64,000 nt of DNA from Chloroflexota bacterium. Its GTDB lineage: Bacteria; Chloroflexota; UBA11872; UBA12225; JAJDUF01. The stretch covers positions 75,693 to 139,692 of the forward strand of contig OZ243944.1 in the NCBI GenBank assembly GCA_965214295.1, read 5' to 3'. Both the position numbers and the translations under genes were made by a program. Of this stretch, positions 27,034 through 37,271 are shown one piece after another; position 1 is the stretch's first letter, and each line of letters begins with the position of its first letter. The notes beneath the pieces were generated by a model. The model did not search any database. It saw only the letters and a program-made list of their open reading frames with translations, and was not told the origin of the DNA.

Positions 27034-27864
27034 ATGTTCACCCGGAGACTCGCGGAGAACCAGCGGCAACAATGGGAGCGCGATGGATACTTCGTGCTGC
27101 CGGACGCGCTGACACCCCACGAGGTGGCCAGTCTCACGCAGGCGTTGGATCAGCTCTATCAGCGGCACGTCGTGGACAACCCGGCGGCCGACGCGGCGAA
27201 AGGGATGGACCGCCGCAACGTGATGGAAGACGACGATGCCTTTGTCGAGCTGATGGACCATCCCGGCATCTTGGGCGTCGTGGTGGACCTGCTCGGTCCC
27301 TACATTCAACTGAGTATGTCCGAGGCGGTCATCCGCCTGCCCGACCCCGCATTCAAGGGCTACATCCATACCGACGGTGGGCAAGCCCTCCAGCACATCC
27401 GGCTCAGTGAGACGAGCTGGCCGCTCCAGCTGAAGATCCAATACTTCCTGACCGACGTGCTGCAGCCGAACAGCGGCAACTTTACGCTGGTGCCGGGGAG
27501 CCACCGGCAGCCGTACCCGGAGGCAGGGCTGCCCGACGGGCCGGAGTCACCCGGCACCGTGCAGCTCTCCGTCAAAGCCGGCGACGCGGCGGTGTTCACC
27601 CATGCCGTCTGGCACGGCCCGGCCCGGAACCTGTCGGGCCAGCCCCGTAAGACGCTGATCTACTGCTACAGCCAGCAGTGCTTCCGCCCTTTCGACTACG
27701 AAAAACCCTCATCGGCGCTAGTGGCGCGTTGCACACCGCGCCAGCGGCGGTTGCTCGGCGACCTCGGCGCGGCCTGGCGTCCGGGCGCCTACTTCTACTC
27801 GCCGCCCGATCAGGTCGAGGTGCTATCGGGTGCCGCGACACCGGCCGAGCGCCCCGCGGGCTGA
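27034..27864 (+). CDS. Phytanoyl-CoA dioxygenase (PhyH) family protein
   Basis: RDGY, HTD, LVPGSH, AGDA.VF...WH. Confidence 0.9.
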   Translation: MFTRRLAENQRQQWERDGYFVLPDALTPHEVASLTQALDQLYQRHVVDNPAADAAKGMDRRNVMEDDDAFVELMDHPGILGVVVDLLGPYIQLSMSEAVIRLPDPAFKGYIHTDGGQALQHIRLSETSWPLQLKIQYFLTDVLQPNSGNFTLVPGSHRQPYPEAGLPDGPESPGTVQLSVKAGDAAVFTHAVWHGPARNLSGQPRKTLIYCYSQQCFRPFDYEKPSSALVARCTPRQRRLLGDLGAAWRPGAYFYSPPDQVEVLSGAATPAERPAG

Positions 27865-27927
27865 ACGGACACCCCTCTTCCCCTGGGAGAGGGCCGGGTG
27901 AGGGCAACCGGAGCGTAGGAGCACAGT

Positions 27928-28392
27928 ATGGATTCTGCCCTGGCAACAATCTACGACTACCTGCAGCTGGAGGCACTGGGGCGGCTGCTCCTCGCCGTGG
28001 CCCTCGCCGGAGTGCTCGGCTCCGAGCGGGAAATCGCCGGGCAGGCCGCCGGGCTGCGTACCCACGTGCTTGTGTCCCTCGGCGCTGCCTGCTTTACGCT
28101 CGTATCGCTCCTCGGTTTCATTGGCTACGGCACGGTCCAGGACCCGGGCCGGGTCGCCGCGCAGGTCGTGACCGGGGTAGGATTTCTCGGTGCGGGAGCC
28201 ATCTGGCGCTCCGGCGTGAGCGTGCGCGGTCTCACGACGGCCGCTAGCATCTGGATGGCCGCGGCCGTGGGGATGCTGGCCGGGAGTGGCCTCTACCTCA
28301 TAGCAACGGGCGCTACCGTGTTGGCTTGGCTGACGCTGTACGCCGTCAAACGGTTGGAGCAACGCCTACGGGCCAAGGATGAGCAGGTATGA
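27928..28392 (+). CDS. MgtC/SapB family membrane protein
   Basis: ERE....AGLRTH, DPGRVAAQVVTGVGFLGAG, GLTTAASIW. Confidence 0.93.
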   Translation: MDSALATIYDYLQLEALGRLLLAVALAGVLGSEREIAGQAAGLRTHVLVSLGAACFTLVSLLGFIGYGTVQDPGRVAAQVVTGVGFLGAGAIWRSGVSVRGLTTAASIWMAAAVGMLAGSGLYLIATGATVLAWLTLYAVKRLEQRLRAKDEQV

Positions 28393-28723
28393 GTCGAGCA
28401 CAACTGCCGACCCGTCTCCCGTCCGTCCCCGGAGGTGGCTTTCCTGACAAGGGTAGGTTTTTCGTGTGGAGCTACGCATCTGTCCCCCGGCCCCCGTCAT
28501 TGCGGCGCAAGCCGCAATCCAGGCTGACCGGAGGGCCACGCATGGTCCTGGATTCCGGCTTCCGCCGCAATGCCTGCACCGGGGAAACCCGGTGACGAGC
28601 GCCTGGGCGTGATGAATCGCGCCCCTACACACAAAACCTACCCCTGTCAGAGGGGCTTTCGGGGATCGTATCGGCCAGCAACGCCCTTCAGTCCACTCCA
28701 TAGGGAAAGGAACGGTAGGCAAG

Positions 28724-29545
28724 ATGTCCATGCGTAGGCTCACCGAGGCAGAGCGGCACCAGTGGGTGCGCGACGGCTACCTGGTCGTGCAAGGGGCGCT
28801 TTCACCGGACGAGGTGGAGCGGTGTATCCAGGCAGTAGACGACCTCTACGCGCGGTACGTGGCGCCCGGCCAGGGCGGCGCCCCCCAGCGGGGAATGAAC
28901 CGCCGGAACATCTACGCGGAGAGCGACGTCTTCATCGAGTTGATAGACCATCCCGGCACCTTTGGACTGGTGCTGGACTTGATGGGTTCGTACATTGGCT
29001 GCAGCGTGGCGCAGGCGACCATGCGGCCGCTCGACCCGAGCTACAAGGGGTACATCCACCCCGACGGCGGCGAGGCCCTGGAACGGATTCGCGTCACGGA
29101 GACGAGCCTGCCGCTGCAAGTCAAGATTCAATACTTCCTAACGGCGCTCCCGGAGCCGAACATGGGCAACTTCATCGTCTTTCCCGGCAGTCACCTCCGG
29201 CCGTGGCCGGCGGAGCGGCTGCCCGCCGGGACGGATACGCCGGGCGGCGTGCCGCTGTGTGTCGAGGCCGGCGATGCCGTGATCTTTCCGCACGCCCTCT
29301 GGCACGGCCCGGGACCGAACCTGTCCGACCGGATTCGGAAGACGCTGATCTACCGCTATAGCCAACTGTTCATGCAACCGTGGGATTTCGACCAGGCTAC
29401 GCCGGAGCTACTGGCCCGCTGTACGCCGCGCCGACGGCGGCTCTTGGGAGACGTGGGCGCGTGGCGCCCCGGGACGTACTACCGAAACCCCAACCCCGCG
29501 GATCAGGCCGCGCTCATGGCGGGCACAGCTGCACTGGCGCCGTAG
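28724..29545 (+). CDS. Phytanoyl-CoA dioxygenase (PhyH) family protein, paralog of 27034-27864
   Basis: HPD, FPGSH, LWHG; shares KGYIH.DGG and LQ.KIQYFLT. Confidence 0.9.
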   Translation: MSMRRLTEAERHQWVRDGYLVVQGALSPDEVERCIQAVDDLYARYVAPGQGGAPQRGMNRRNIYAESDVFIELIDHPGTFGLVLDLMGSYIGCSVAQATMRPLDPSYKGYIHPDGGEALERIRVTETSLPLQVKIQYFLTALPEPNMGNFIVFPGSHLRPWPAERLPAGTDTPGGVPLCVEAGDAVIFPHALWHGPGPNLSDRIRKTLIYRYSQLFMQPWDFDQATPELLARCTPRRRRLLGDVGAWRPGTYYRNPNPADQAALMAGTAALAP

Positions 29546-29645
29546 GGGCGGATGGGGACTCACCCCCCAGCGCCCGGACCGAGGGGCTACGCATGGCCCT
29601 GGATTCCCGCTGGCGCCGCAATGACGGGCGCAGCGTGCTACGCCC

Positions 29646-30872
29646 CTACGCCGCGGCCCGCTGCGTGCGCGTCCACTCGTCGAGGAGGGCGAGGTAGTAG
29701 GCGACGCCAATGGGTAGCGCGGTCTCATCGAGGCGGAAGCGGGCGCTATGGCCGGTGGGACGTTCGTCGAGCGGTATACTCGGCACGCCGACGCCCAGGC
29801 TGGCAAAACAGCCGGGGCGCTGCTCCAGAAAGTACGCAAAGTCCTCGGCCCCCAGCACCGGTTCCGCCTTGACAACCTGTTCTGCCCCGAGCACGCGCGT
29901 CGCCGCCCGCCGGGCCAAGGTAGTCATCTCAGCGTCGTTCACCAACACCGGATAGCCCCAGGCATAGTCGAGGGTGGCCTCAGCGCCGAAACCGCCGGCC
30001 ACGCCCTGCGCCAGCGAATCGATCCGCTGCGGCATGGCGGCGCGCAGCTCAGGGGCAAGGGTGCGGACGGTGCCTGTCATCACCACCTCGTCGGGAATGA
30101 TGTTGTCCTTGGTCCCGCCGTGAATGGTGGCCACGGTGACGACGGCGGCGTTGGTCGGGGGTGCTTGCCGACTGACGACCGTTTGCAGGGCAGTAACCAC
30201 GTGCGCCGCGACGACCACCGGATCAACGGCGCGGTGCGGCCAGGCGGCATGGCCACCGCGACCGTGGATGGTCAGGGTAAAGTCGTCGGCCGCGGCGCTC
30301 CGGGCACCCGCTGCCAGCCCAATCGTACCCGTATCCAATAGTGGCGACTGGTGGAGGCCGAAGATCGCCGCCACCGGTGGGCTGTCGAGCGCGCCGGCCT
30401 CGATCATGCCCAACGCACCGCCCGGTTCCTGCTCCTCGGCCGGCTGAAACAGCAACACGACCGGCCCACCTGAGCTGCGGGGATGGTTGCGCTCGACACA
30501 GCGGAGCGCGGCGGCGGTGGCGAGCAAGATGGCGGTGTGGGCATCGTGGCCACAGGCGTGCATCACTCCCGGGCGCTGCGACCGCCACGGCAAGTCGGTC
30601 GCCTCTTCCAGCGGGAGCGCATCCATATCGGCCCGCAGCGCGACGGCCGGACCAGGACGCTCCGCACCGAGCACCGCGACAACGCCGTGCTCGCCGGGCC
30701 GGCCGACGCCAATCTGCGGCTCCAGATCGAGTGACCGGAGTTGGTCGGCAACGTACCGGGCGGTCTCGACTTCCTGGTAACTCAGCTCCGGGTGCCGATG
30801 TAGCCAACGATAGGCTTTGCTGGCGTAGTCGGTCTGGGCGTCGGCCAGCGCCCGGATCGTATCAACGTCCAT
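29646..30872 (-). CDS. M20 family amidohydrolase
   Basis: LHRHPELS, LRADMDALP, MHACGHD.H, FQPAEE, GGHAA.PH, AEDF. Confidence 0.93.
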   Translation of the reverse strand: MDVDTIRALADAQTDYASKAYRWLHRHPELSYQEVETARYVADQLRSLDLEPQIGVGRPGEHGVVAVLGAERPGPAVALRADMDALPLEEATDLPWRSQRPGVMHACGHDAHTAILLATAAALRCVERNHPRSSGGPVVLLFQPAEEQEPGGALGMIEAGALDSPPVAAIFGLHQSPLLDTGTIGLAAGARSAAADDFTLTIHGRGGHAAWPHRAVDPVVVAAHVVTALQTVVSRQAPPTNAAVVTVATIHGGTKDNIIPDEVVMTGTVRTLAPELRAAMPQRIDSLAQGVAGGFGAEATLDYAWGYPVLVNDAEMTTLARRAATRVLGAEQVVKAEPVLGAEDFAYFLEQRPGCFASLGVGVPSIPLDERPTGHSARFRLDETALPIGVAYYLALLDEWTRTQRAAA

Positions 30873-30900
30873 CGTCTCGCCCCCGCAAGAGATTTACGCC

Positions 30901-33003
30901 TCACCGCCGGCGGCGATTGCGCCGGCGCGGCCCGGTGACTCGTACAGTCTGCGCGGTGGACCGGCCGCGCGGCGCAGGAGCAGCGGCCCCGTTCGGCTCG
31001 GCCGCGGCCGGCGCAGCGATCGGGTCCCTGCCGTCACCCAGCGTTGCTCGCAGCTCGTAGACCTGATCGCGCAGCAGCGCCGCCTGCTCGAAGTCGAGCT
31101 GTCGCGCGGCCTCCTTCATCTGCTTTTCGAGGTCCTTGATGAGGCGGGCAATTTCTTTCTTCGGCAGCTCCTCGTCGGCCTTGTAGGCGGGAACGGATTC
31201 CGCAACCTGCTTCAGCCGCTCAGATACGCCGCGGATCGCCTTCTGGATGCCGACCGGGGTGATGCCGCGCTGTTCGTTGTAGCGGGTCTGGACACGCCGG
31301 CGCCGGGCCGTCTCGTCAATGGCCCGGCGCATCGAGTTGGTGATCCGATCCGCGTACATGATAACCCGGCCCTCGACGTGGCGGGCAGAGCGGCCAATCG
31401 TCTGGATGAGCGAGGTTTCCGAGCGCAGATAGCCCTCTTTATCGGCATCGAGAATAGCCACCAGCGAGACCTCGGGCAGGTCGAGACCTTCCCGCAGCAG
31501 GTTAATCCCGACCACGACATCGTAGACGCCCAAGCGCAGATCGCGGAGAATCTCGACTCGCTCCAGGGTGTCAATCTCCGAGTGGAGATAGTGGACCTTA
31601 ATACCCATCTCCGCCAGATAGTCGGCGAGGTCCTCAGCCATGCGCTTGGTGAGCGTTGTGACCAACGTGCGCTCGCCGCGTTGCACCCGCTCGTTGATCT
31701 GGTAGAGCAGATCGTCAATCTGACCGGTGGTCGGCTTGACCTCGACGATGGGGTCCACCAAGCCGGTCGGCCGGATGAGTTGCTCGACGATCTGGGTGCA
31801 ATGCTCGTATTCGTAGGGGCCGGGCGTAGCGGAGACAAAGATCGCCTGGCGGATATGCTGCTCGAACTCGCTGAACCGGAGCGGTCGGTTATCGAGCGCG
31901 GAAGGAAGGCGGAAGCCGTACTCGACGAGCGTGTCTTTGCGCGACTTATCGCCGAAGTACATGCCCCGCGCTTGTGGGAGCGCGACGTGCGACTCGTCCA
32001 CGAACAGGATGAAATCGTCGGGCAGATAGTCGAGCAGGGTCCACGGCTGCTCGCCGGCGGCACGGTTGCTCAGGTGACGCGAGTAGTTCTCGATGCCTTG
32101 GCAGTGGCCGGTCTCCCGTAGCATCTCCAGGTCGAATAGGGTGCGCTGTTCGAGCCGCTGCGCCTCCAACAGCTGCTCCTGCGCCCGCAGCTCGGCCAGG
32201 CGCTCCTGTAGCTCTTCCTCGATGGTGACGACGGCGCGATCCAGCTTCTCGGCCGGGGTGACGAAGTGCCCGGCCGGGTAGATGTCCACGTGCTCGCGTG
32301 CGGCCAGCACCTCGCCGGTGAGAGGGTCTACCTCGACAATCCGCTCGATTTCATCGCCGAAGAACTCCACCCGCACGGCAAAGTCGTCGTAGGCCGGGAA
32401 GATTTCCAGCACTTCGCCGCGCACGCGGAAGGTGCCCCGTCTGAAGTCCAGATCGTTCCGGTCGTACTGGACATCGGCGAGGTGCCGGAGCACCCGGTCG
32501 CGGCGCACCACCTGACCGCGTTGCAGCTTCACGACCGAGAAGCCGTAGTCCTCCGGGGCGCCAATGCCATAAATGCAAGAAATCGAGGCCACGATTAGCA
32601 CGTCGCGGCGCTCCAACAGCGAGCGTGTCGTCGAGAGCCGCAGCTTCTCGATCTCTTCATTGACCGAGGAATCCTTTTCGATATAGGTATCGCTGCGCGG
32701 GATGTAGGCTTCGGGCTGGTAGTAGTCGTAGTAGCTGACGAAATACTCCACGGCGTTCTGGGGAAAGAACTCCTTGAACTCGGCAAAGAGCTGCGCCGCG
32801 AGCGTCTTGTTGGGCGCCAGCACCAGTGCTGGGCGCTGTACCTCGGCGACAACACTGGCCATCGTAAACGTCTTGCCGGAGCCGGTCACGCCGAGCAGTG
32901 TCTGTAACCGCTGATCGGCATGTAGGCCCTGGCACAGCTTGGCGATGGCCTCCGGCTGATCGCCGGTAGCCTGGAAGTCGGAGACTAACTGAAACGGAGG
33001 CAT
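30901..33003 (-). CDS. uvrB: Excinuclease ABC subunit B
   Basis: [42 protein letters not shown] domain. Confidence 0.98.
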   Translation of the reverse strand: MPPFQLVSDFQATGDQPEAIAKLCQGLHADQRLQTLLGVTGSGKTFTMASVVAEVQRPALVLAPNKTLAAQLFAEFKEFFPQNAVEYFVSYYDYYQPEAYIPRSDTYIEKDSSVNEEIEKLRLSTTRSLLERRDVLIVASISCIYGIGAPEDYGFSVVKLQRGQVVRRDRVLRHLADVQYDRNDLDFRRGTFRVRGEVLEIFPAYDDFAVRVEFFGDEIERIVEVDPLTGEVLAAREHVDIYPAGHFVTPAEKLDRAVVTIEEELQERLAELRAQEQLLEAQRLEQRTLFDLEMLRETGHCQGIENYSRHLSNRAAGEQPWTLLDYLPDDFILFVDESHVALPQARGMYFGDKSRKDTLVEYGFRLPSALDNRPLRFSEFEQHIRQAIFVSATPGPYEYEHCTQIVEQLIRPTGLVDPIVEVKPTTGQIDDLLYQINERVQRGERTLVTTLTKRMAEDLADYLAEMGIKVHYLHSEIDTLERVEILRDLRLGVYDVVVGINLLREGLDLPEVSLVAILDADKEGYLRSETSLIQTIGRSARHVEGRVIMYADRITNSMRRAIDETARRRRVQTRYNEQRGITPVGIQKAIRGVSERLKQVAESVPAYKADEELPKKEIARLIKDLEKQMKEAARQLDFEQAALLRDQVYELRATLGDGRDPIAAPAAAEPNGAAAPAPRGRSTAQTVRVTGPRRRNRRRR

Positions 33004-33105
33004 CGGAGCATGTCCTTCTGATGAGTCGTCTGCCTCCCCCCGGCCCCTCTCCACAGGTGGAGAGGGGAGTCCGCCGGAGGCGAGCGGGGGTGAGGCGCAA
33101 TCAAC

Positions 33106-33408
33106 TCACGTATGCACGGCCTCGTGGCTCTTGAGGGTTGGCAGGGCGCTAATGCCGTCACCGGCCTTCTGCTCGGCCAGCCGCAAATCGTAGAGCGTTT
33201 GCAAATTCAGCCAGAACTCCGGGCTAGTGCCAAAGAAATGCGCCAACCGCAGGGCCGTGTCGCCGGTGATGGCGCGCTGTCCGTTGAGGATTCCGGTAAT
33301 GCGGTTGGTGGGCACTTGGAGCTGCCATGCCAGCGCAGCGGCGCTCATATCGAGCGCTTGCAATTCTTCGGCCAGATGTTCCCCCGGATGGATCGCCGGT
33401 ATGGTCAT
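33106..33408 (-). CDS. higA: HigA family antitoxin
   Basis: IHPGEHL, RAITGDTALRL..FFGTSPEFWLNLQ..YDL. Confidence 0.93.
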   Translation of the reverse strand: MTIPAIHPGEHLAEELQALDMSAAALAWQLQVPTNRITGILNGQRAITGDTALRLAHFFGTSPEFWLNLQTLYDLRLAEQKAGDGISALPTLKSHEAVHT

Positions 33409-33418
33409 AACGCTGCTC

Positions 33419-33703
33419 CTAATGGTAGTCGACAATCTCTACCTCTGTCGGCCCTGGCTGCTCCCGCGGCCACTCGAAGCAGATTCGCCACTAGGCGTTG
33501 ATGCGGATACTGTATTGGCCCTTGCGGTTCCCCTTCATCGCTTCCAAACGATTGCCTGGCAGTGCGGTCAGGTCTTTGAGCGAGGTGGCCGCCTCCAGCC
33601 GGTCGAGCTTTAGCCGGGCAGCACGTTCGACGCCCGAGAAGGCCCGCACCCGTTTTCCGGCGGCAAAATCTCTGGTTCGCTTGTCGCGATAGCTGACGAT
33701 CAT
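33419..33703 (-). pseudogene. higB: HigB toxin with internal amber stop
   Basis: Reads ...GQYSIRINA-TAG-WRICFEW...VEIVDYH*; TAG at 33491-33493. Confidence 0.88.
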
Positions 33704-33708
33704 TGCCG

Positions 33709-33737
33709 ACAATATCTGAAGTTACGCGTTACGTCAA
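33709..33737 (-). promoter_or_regulatory. higBA promoter/operator
   Basis: TTGACG-17-TATTGT immediately before the ATG. Confidence 0.65.
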
Positions 33738-33755
33738 GGATAACACCTATACTCT

Positions 33756-33890
33756 CAGGGCCTTTCCATTGTCACCACTTCGACAGGCTCAGTGCAGGCT
33801 CTGAACGGAGCGCAGGGTCTCTCCCTCGTGGCCGAGATTCTTCGCTCCGCTCAGAATGACCGGTTTGGCGGTGACTTTGGAAAGGCCCTC
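33756..33890. mobile_element. MITE copy 2 (135 bp)
   Basis: CAGGGCCTTTCCA...TGGAAAGGCCCTC with perfect 9-bp flanking duplication CTATACTCT. Confidence 0.85.
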
Positions 33891-33988
33891 CTATACTCTA
33901 GGTAGCCGGTAGGAGAGCGGCGGCAGTCCCGTACTGCTTGACCGTCTCATCCCCACTCCACCACCGGCAATCCAGGATCAAGCGCCAC

Positions 33989-35035
33989 TCACACCGAACC
34001 ACTACCGGCCGGCACAGCGACGCCAAGCTCGGTGGCCACTTGGCACACTGCCATCCAGGTCTTGGCGGGGATGGGGATGCCGTCGCGGCGGCGCTGCTCG
34101 CGGCTGCGGTGCTCGGTCTCGCCGGAGATCAGCACCTCGTCGAAGCCCTCGGCCGGCGGCGTGGCCTTGATCCGGCCAAAAGCCTGGTCCACTGTCCGCT
34201 CGACCGCCTCGCTCGGCCCGAAGAGGCCAACGTCTACGGCCAAGATGAACACGCCGGTAGCGCCTTCATCGATGGCGTATCGGTCGGCGTGGGTGAGCAG
34301 CCCACCGAACAGACCGACCACGAGCGCCAGGCCGTAGCCCTTGTGCCCGCCGAACGTGCGGAGGCTGCCGCCCTGCCGGAGCACAACCGGGTCGGTGGTC
34401 GGCCGTCCATCGGGACCAAAGGCAGCGCCCTCAGGTAACGACTCACCCTTGGCCAGGGCGACCTCCACCTTACCCCCGGCAATCACCGACGTAGCAAAGT
34501 CGAGCAGGAAGGGCGGGCGTGGGCCGGCCGGGAACCCCCACGCCATCGGGCTGGTGCTCAATGCACCTTGGCGACCACCGTAAGGCGCGACACTGCCCCC
34601 GATGCGGTTGAGGTTACCGGAGGTGACGAGGCTGGCAAGGCCCTGCGCTGCCGCGCGGGTGACATACTCGCCCAGTCGTCCGATGTGGTTGCACTGCACA
34701 ATCCCGACGACCGTCACGCCGACCTCTTTGACCTTGCGAATGGCGACATCCATCGCGTACTTGGCGGCGACCTGCCCAAAGCCCCAGTGGCCGGACACGA
34801 GCGCCGCCGTCGGTCGCTCCTGCACGATGGCCGGGGCAGCCGCCGGGACAATCTGGCCGGCACGGATGCCGGCGATGTAGCCGGGAATGTGCTGTATCCC
34901 GTGCGAGTCGTGACCGGCGAGGTTGGCGTTGACCAGATGCTCGGCAACGGTGGCGGCGTACTCCGACGGGGTCCCAGCCGCCGCGAAGACCTGTTGGGCG
35001 AAGGTGCGAAGAGAGTCGGCGTCAAGCGTAGGCAT
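33989..35035 (-). CDS. Ldh_2 family (malate/L-lactate/ureidoglycolate type) oxidoreductase
   Basis: ANL.GHDSHG, GFGQ, HIGRLG, LDFATS, FGGHKGYGL. Confidence 0.92.
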   Translation of the reverse strand: MPTLDADSLRTFAQQVFAAAGTPSEYAATVAEHLVNANLAGHDSHGIQHIPGYIAGIRAGQIVPAAAPAIVQERPTAALVSGHWGFGQVAAKYAMDVAIRKVKEVGVTVVGIVQCNHIGRLGEYVTRAAAQGLASLVTSGNLNRIGGSVAPYGGRQGALSTSPMAWGFPAGPRPPFLLDFATSVIAGGKVEVALAKGESLPEGAAFGPDGRPTTDPVVLRQGGSLRTFGGHKGYGLALVVGLFGGLLTHADRYAIDEGATGVFILAVDVGLFGPSEAVERTVDQAFGRIKATPPAEGFDEVLISGETEHRSREQRRRDGIPIPAKTWMAVCQVATELGVAVPAGSGSV

Positions 35036-35266
35036 AGTCTCTCCTCCTGGCCCCTCTCTCACCCGCCCCCGTTGCGACAGGGGAGGGAACATGCCATTTC
35101 CCAGCCCAGCAGCAGCTCACGCCACCGTCCCCCTGCCGCAGCGGGGGATCATAGGGGAACCAGCCTTGGTAGTCAGATGGTACCAATGCCGAGACGTGTA
35201 TGATGAGAGGGAGAGGCACTTTGGTAGCGCCGTAGCTGCGGCGTAGGGCCACACAGGAGTAGCCGG

Positions 35267-35560
35267 ATGGTCGCCCGCCCTCGTGACTGGCTCAAGCAGG
35301 CTGAACGCGACCTCGTACATGCCCGGCACTCGCTGGCGGCCGAAACCTACGAGTGGGCCTGTTTCGCCTGTCAGCAAGCAGCGGAAAAGGCGGTGAAGGC
35401 AGTCTATCAGCACATGGACCGACACTACATTCCCGCCCGCTATCCGAACGCGCATCCTCAGGGTGCCCCTTACGAGTTCTACGCGCGGGCCGACGCGGAG
35501 CGAGCAGTCTGTCATGCAGAGCAGATCATCGGGCGCTGTGCGACTCTTCTGGCTGGATAG
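35267..35560 (+). CDS. HEPN domain protein, apparently internally deleted
   Basis: DW..QAERDL, YEWACF..QQAAEKAVKA joined directly to DRHYIP.RYPN. Confidence 0.8.
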   Translation: MVARPRDWLKQAERDLVHARHSLAAETYEWACFACQQAAEKAVKAVYQHMDRHYIPARYPNAHPQGAPYEFYARADAERAVCHAEQIIGRCATLLAG

Positions 35561-35894
35561 GCCACAGGTCCTGGCCCAGCTTACTGCGGCTGTCGAGCGT
35601 ATGGCGTCCGAGCATCCTGAAGTGAGCCAAGTCGTCCTGTTCGGCTCACTGGCCCGTGGCGACGCTCTGCCCGGCAGCGATGCCGACCTGCTGGTGTTGC
35701 TGCAGCAGTGTGACGTGCCATTTCACGCTCGCCTACCGCGCTATTTACCCCGCGACGCCGGCATTGGCGTGGATGTCTTTGCCTACACCCAGTCGGAGTT
35801 CGCGGCGATGGCAGCGTGCTCACCGCGTTGGGCGCAAGCGATCAACGCCGGGAGGGTCTTGTTCCGGCGCCGCGCTGATATCCCAGGAGCATAG
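35514..35894 (+). CDS. Minimal nucleotidyltransferase (MNT)
   Basis: LFGSLARGD....SDADLLV, VDVFAYT; overlaps the HEPN gene. Confidence 0.88.
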   Translation: MQSRSSGAVRLFWLDRPQVLAQLTAAVERMASEHPEVSQVVLFGSLARGDALPGSDADLLVLLQQCDVPFHARLPRYLPRDAGIGVDVFAYTQSEFAAMAACSPRWAQAINAGRVLFRRRADIPGA

Positions 35895-36077
35895 CGCCAG
35901 TTGATACGGATAGGTACGGGCCGCGTCGTAGGGGCATGATAAATCACGCCTAGGATAGTCCTCTGTAGGGGCGCCTCTGGTAGGCGCCCTGGATTCCGGC
36001 GCAAGCCGGAATGACGAGCAGGGGCTATTCACCACTCGCCACTAGACACTGGCCAGAGGCCAGAGAGGAGGCCACCG

Positions 36078-37208
36078 ATGACCGTTTCTCGACCAGCACC
36101 CTACCGCGTCGGGGTTATCGGCTGCGGCCGCAAGGGTACACAGTACGCCAGATCGTATGCGCTGCACCCGGCGACCACGGTCGTCGCGGCGGCCGATCCC
36201 GACCCGGACAACCTCGCCCTATTCTGCAAGCGTTTCCAAGTCTCCGGCTATCGTAGCTACGAGGAGTTGCTGGCAAATGAGCAGCTCGATATTGCCGCGC
36301 CCGTCTTGCCGGTCAGCCAGAACCCGGCCGTCGTGCTCGGCTGCGCGCGTGCCGGGGTGCCGGCCATCTCCTGCGAGAAGCCGATGAGCGCCAGCCTCGC
36401 CGAGGCGGATCAGATAGTCGAGGCGTGTGCTGCGCGCCGTATCAAGCTCGGCGTCGGTGACTTGGATCGCAACCTGCCCCACTACCAACAGGCGGCCCGG
36501 CTGCTGGCGTCGGGAGAGCTAGGCGAGGTGGTGAGTATCAGTATCCTCGACGGCACCGGCCACGAGATGTCGGGGGGCGGCATCCAGCGGTATAGCCTAC
36601 TGCGCCTGTTTGCCGGCGACGCCGACGTGGAGTGGGTTACCGGGTGGGTGGCCGATGACCCATGGAGCGACGACGATCAGGGCGGCGCCGGCTACGTGCG
36701 TTTCGTGAACGGGATCGAGGGCGTTATCCATCGTCAAGCCAGCGTCCGGCAGGGTTACGAGGTACTCTGCACTCGCGGCCTGTTCGTCAGCGATGGTGCC
36801 CATGTGCGCGCCTGGGAGCTTGCGGATGGAGCCGAGCGACCGACGGCGGACGCCCTGCGCCCGGTGGAGGGCGTGTTACCGCAGACTCATCTGTACCGCG
36901 GTCGCGCAACGCACGACGCTGAGGGCTGGCGCATCATGCCGCGCCAGGACGCCACCGTTCAGTCCATGGTTGATGCGCTCGAACAAGACATCGAGCCGCG
37001 CTCCAACGGGGAGAACGGACGGAAAGCGCTGGAGCTGGCCATCGCGCTGCGCGAATCACACCGGCGCGGCCATACGCCGGTGTACCTGCCGCTGGAGGAC
37101 CGCAGTCTGCGGATGATCCCCAAACCGGGGCGCTGGGGAAACAAGAAGACGGTCTACGGCACAGGATGGTACGCCGAGCAAATCGGCAGCGGCACCGTGC
37201 GGCAGTAG
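36078..37208 (+). CDS. Gfo/Idh/MocA family oxidoreductase
   Basis: VGVIGCG, CEKPM. Confidence 0.9.
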   Translation: MTVSRPAPYRVGVIGCGRKGTQYARSYALHPATTVVAAADPDPDNLALFCKRFQVSGYRSYEELLANEQLDIAAPVLPVSQNPAVVLGCARAGVPAISCEKPMSASLAEADQIVEACAARRIKLGVGDLDRNLPHYQQAARLLASGELGEVVSISILDGTGHEMSGGGIQRYSLLRLFAGDADVEWVTGWVADDPWSDDDQGGAGYVRFVNGIEGVIHRQASVRQGYEVLCTRGLFVSDGAHVRAWELADGAERPTADALRPVEGVLPQTHLYRGRATHDAEGWRIMPRQDATVQSMVDALEQDIEPRSNGENGRKALELAIALRESHRRGHTPVYLPLEDRSLRMIPKPGRWGNKKTVYGTGWYAEQIGSGTVRQ

Positions 37209-37271
37209 TCGCGCCGCGCGACAGACGCCCCCTCTCCATGTGTGGAGAGGGGGGATGAGTCTCGTGCCCCC

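Noticed and set aside
33658-33667. 10-nt match (CGGCGGCAAA) to the seed end of the single spacer, within higB
   Set aside because: Too short in GC-rich DNA; no full protospacer seen by eye in the window.
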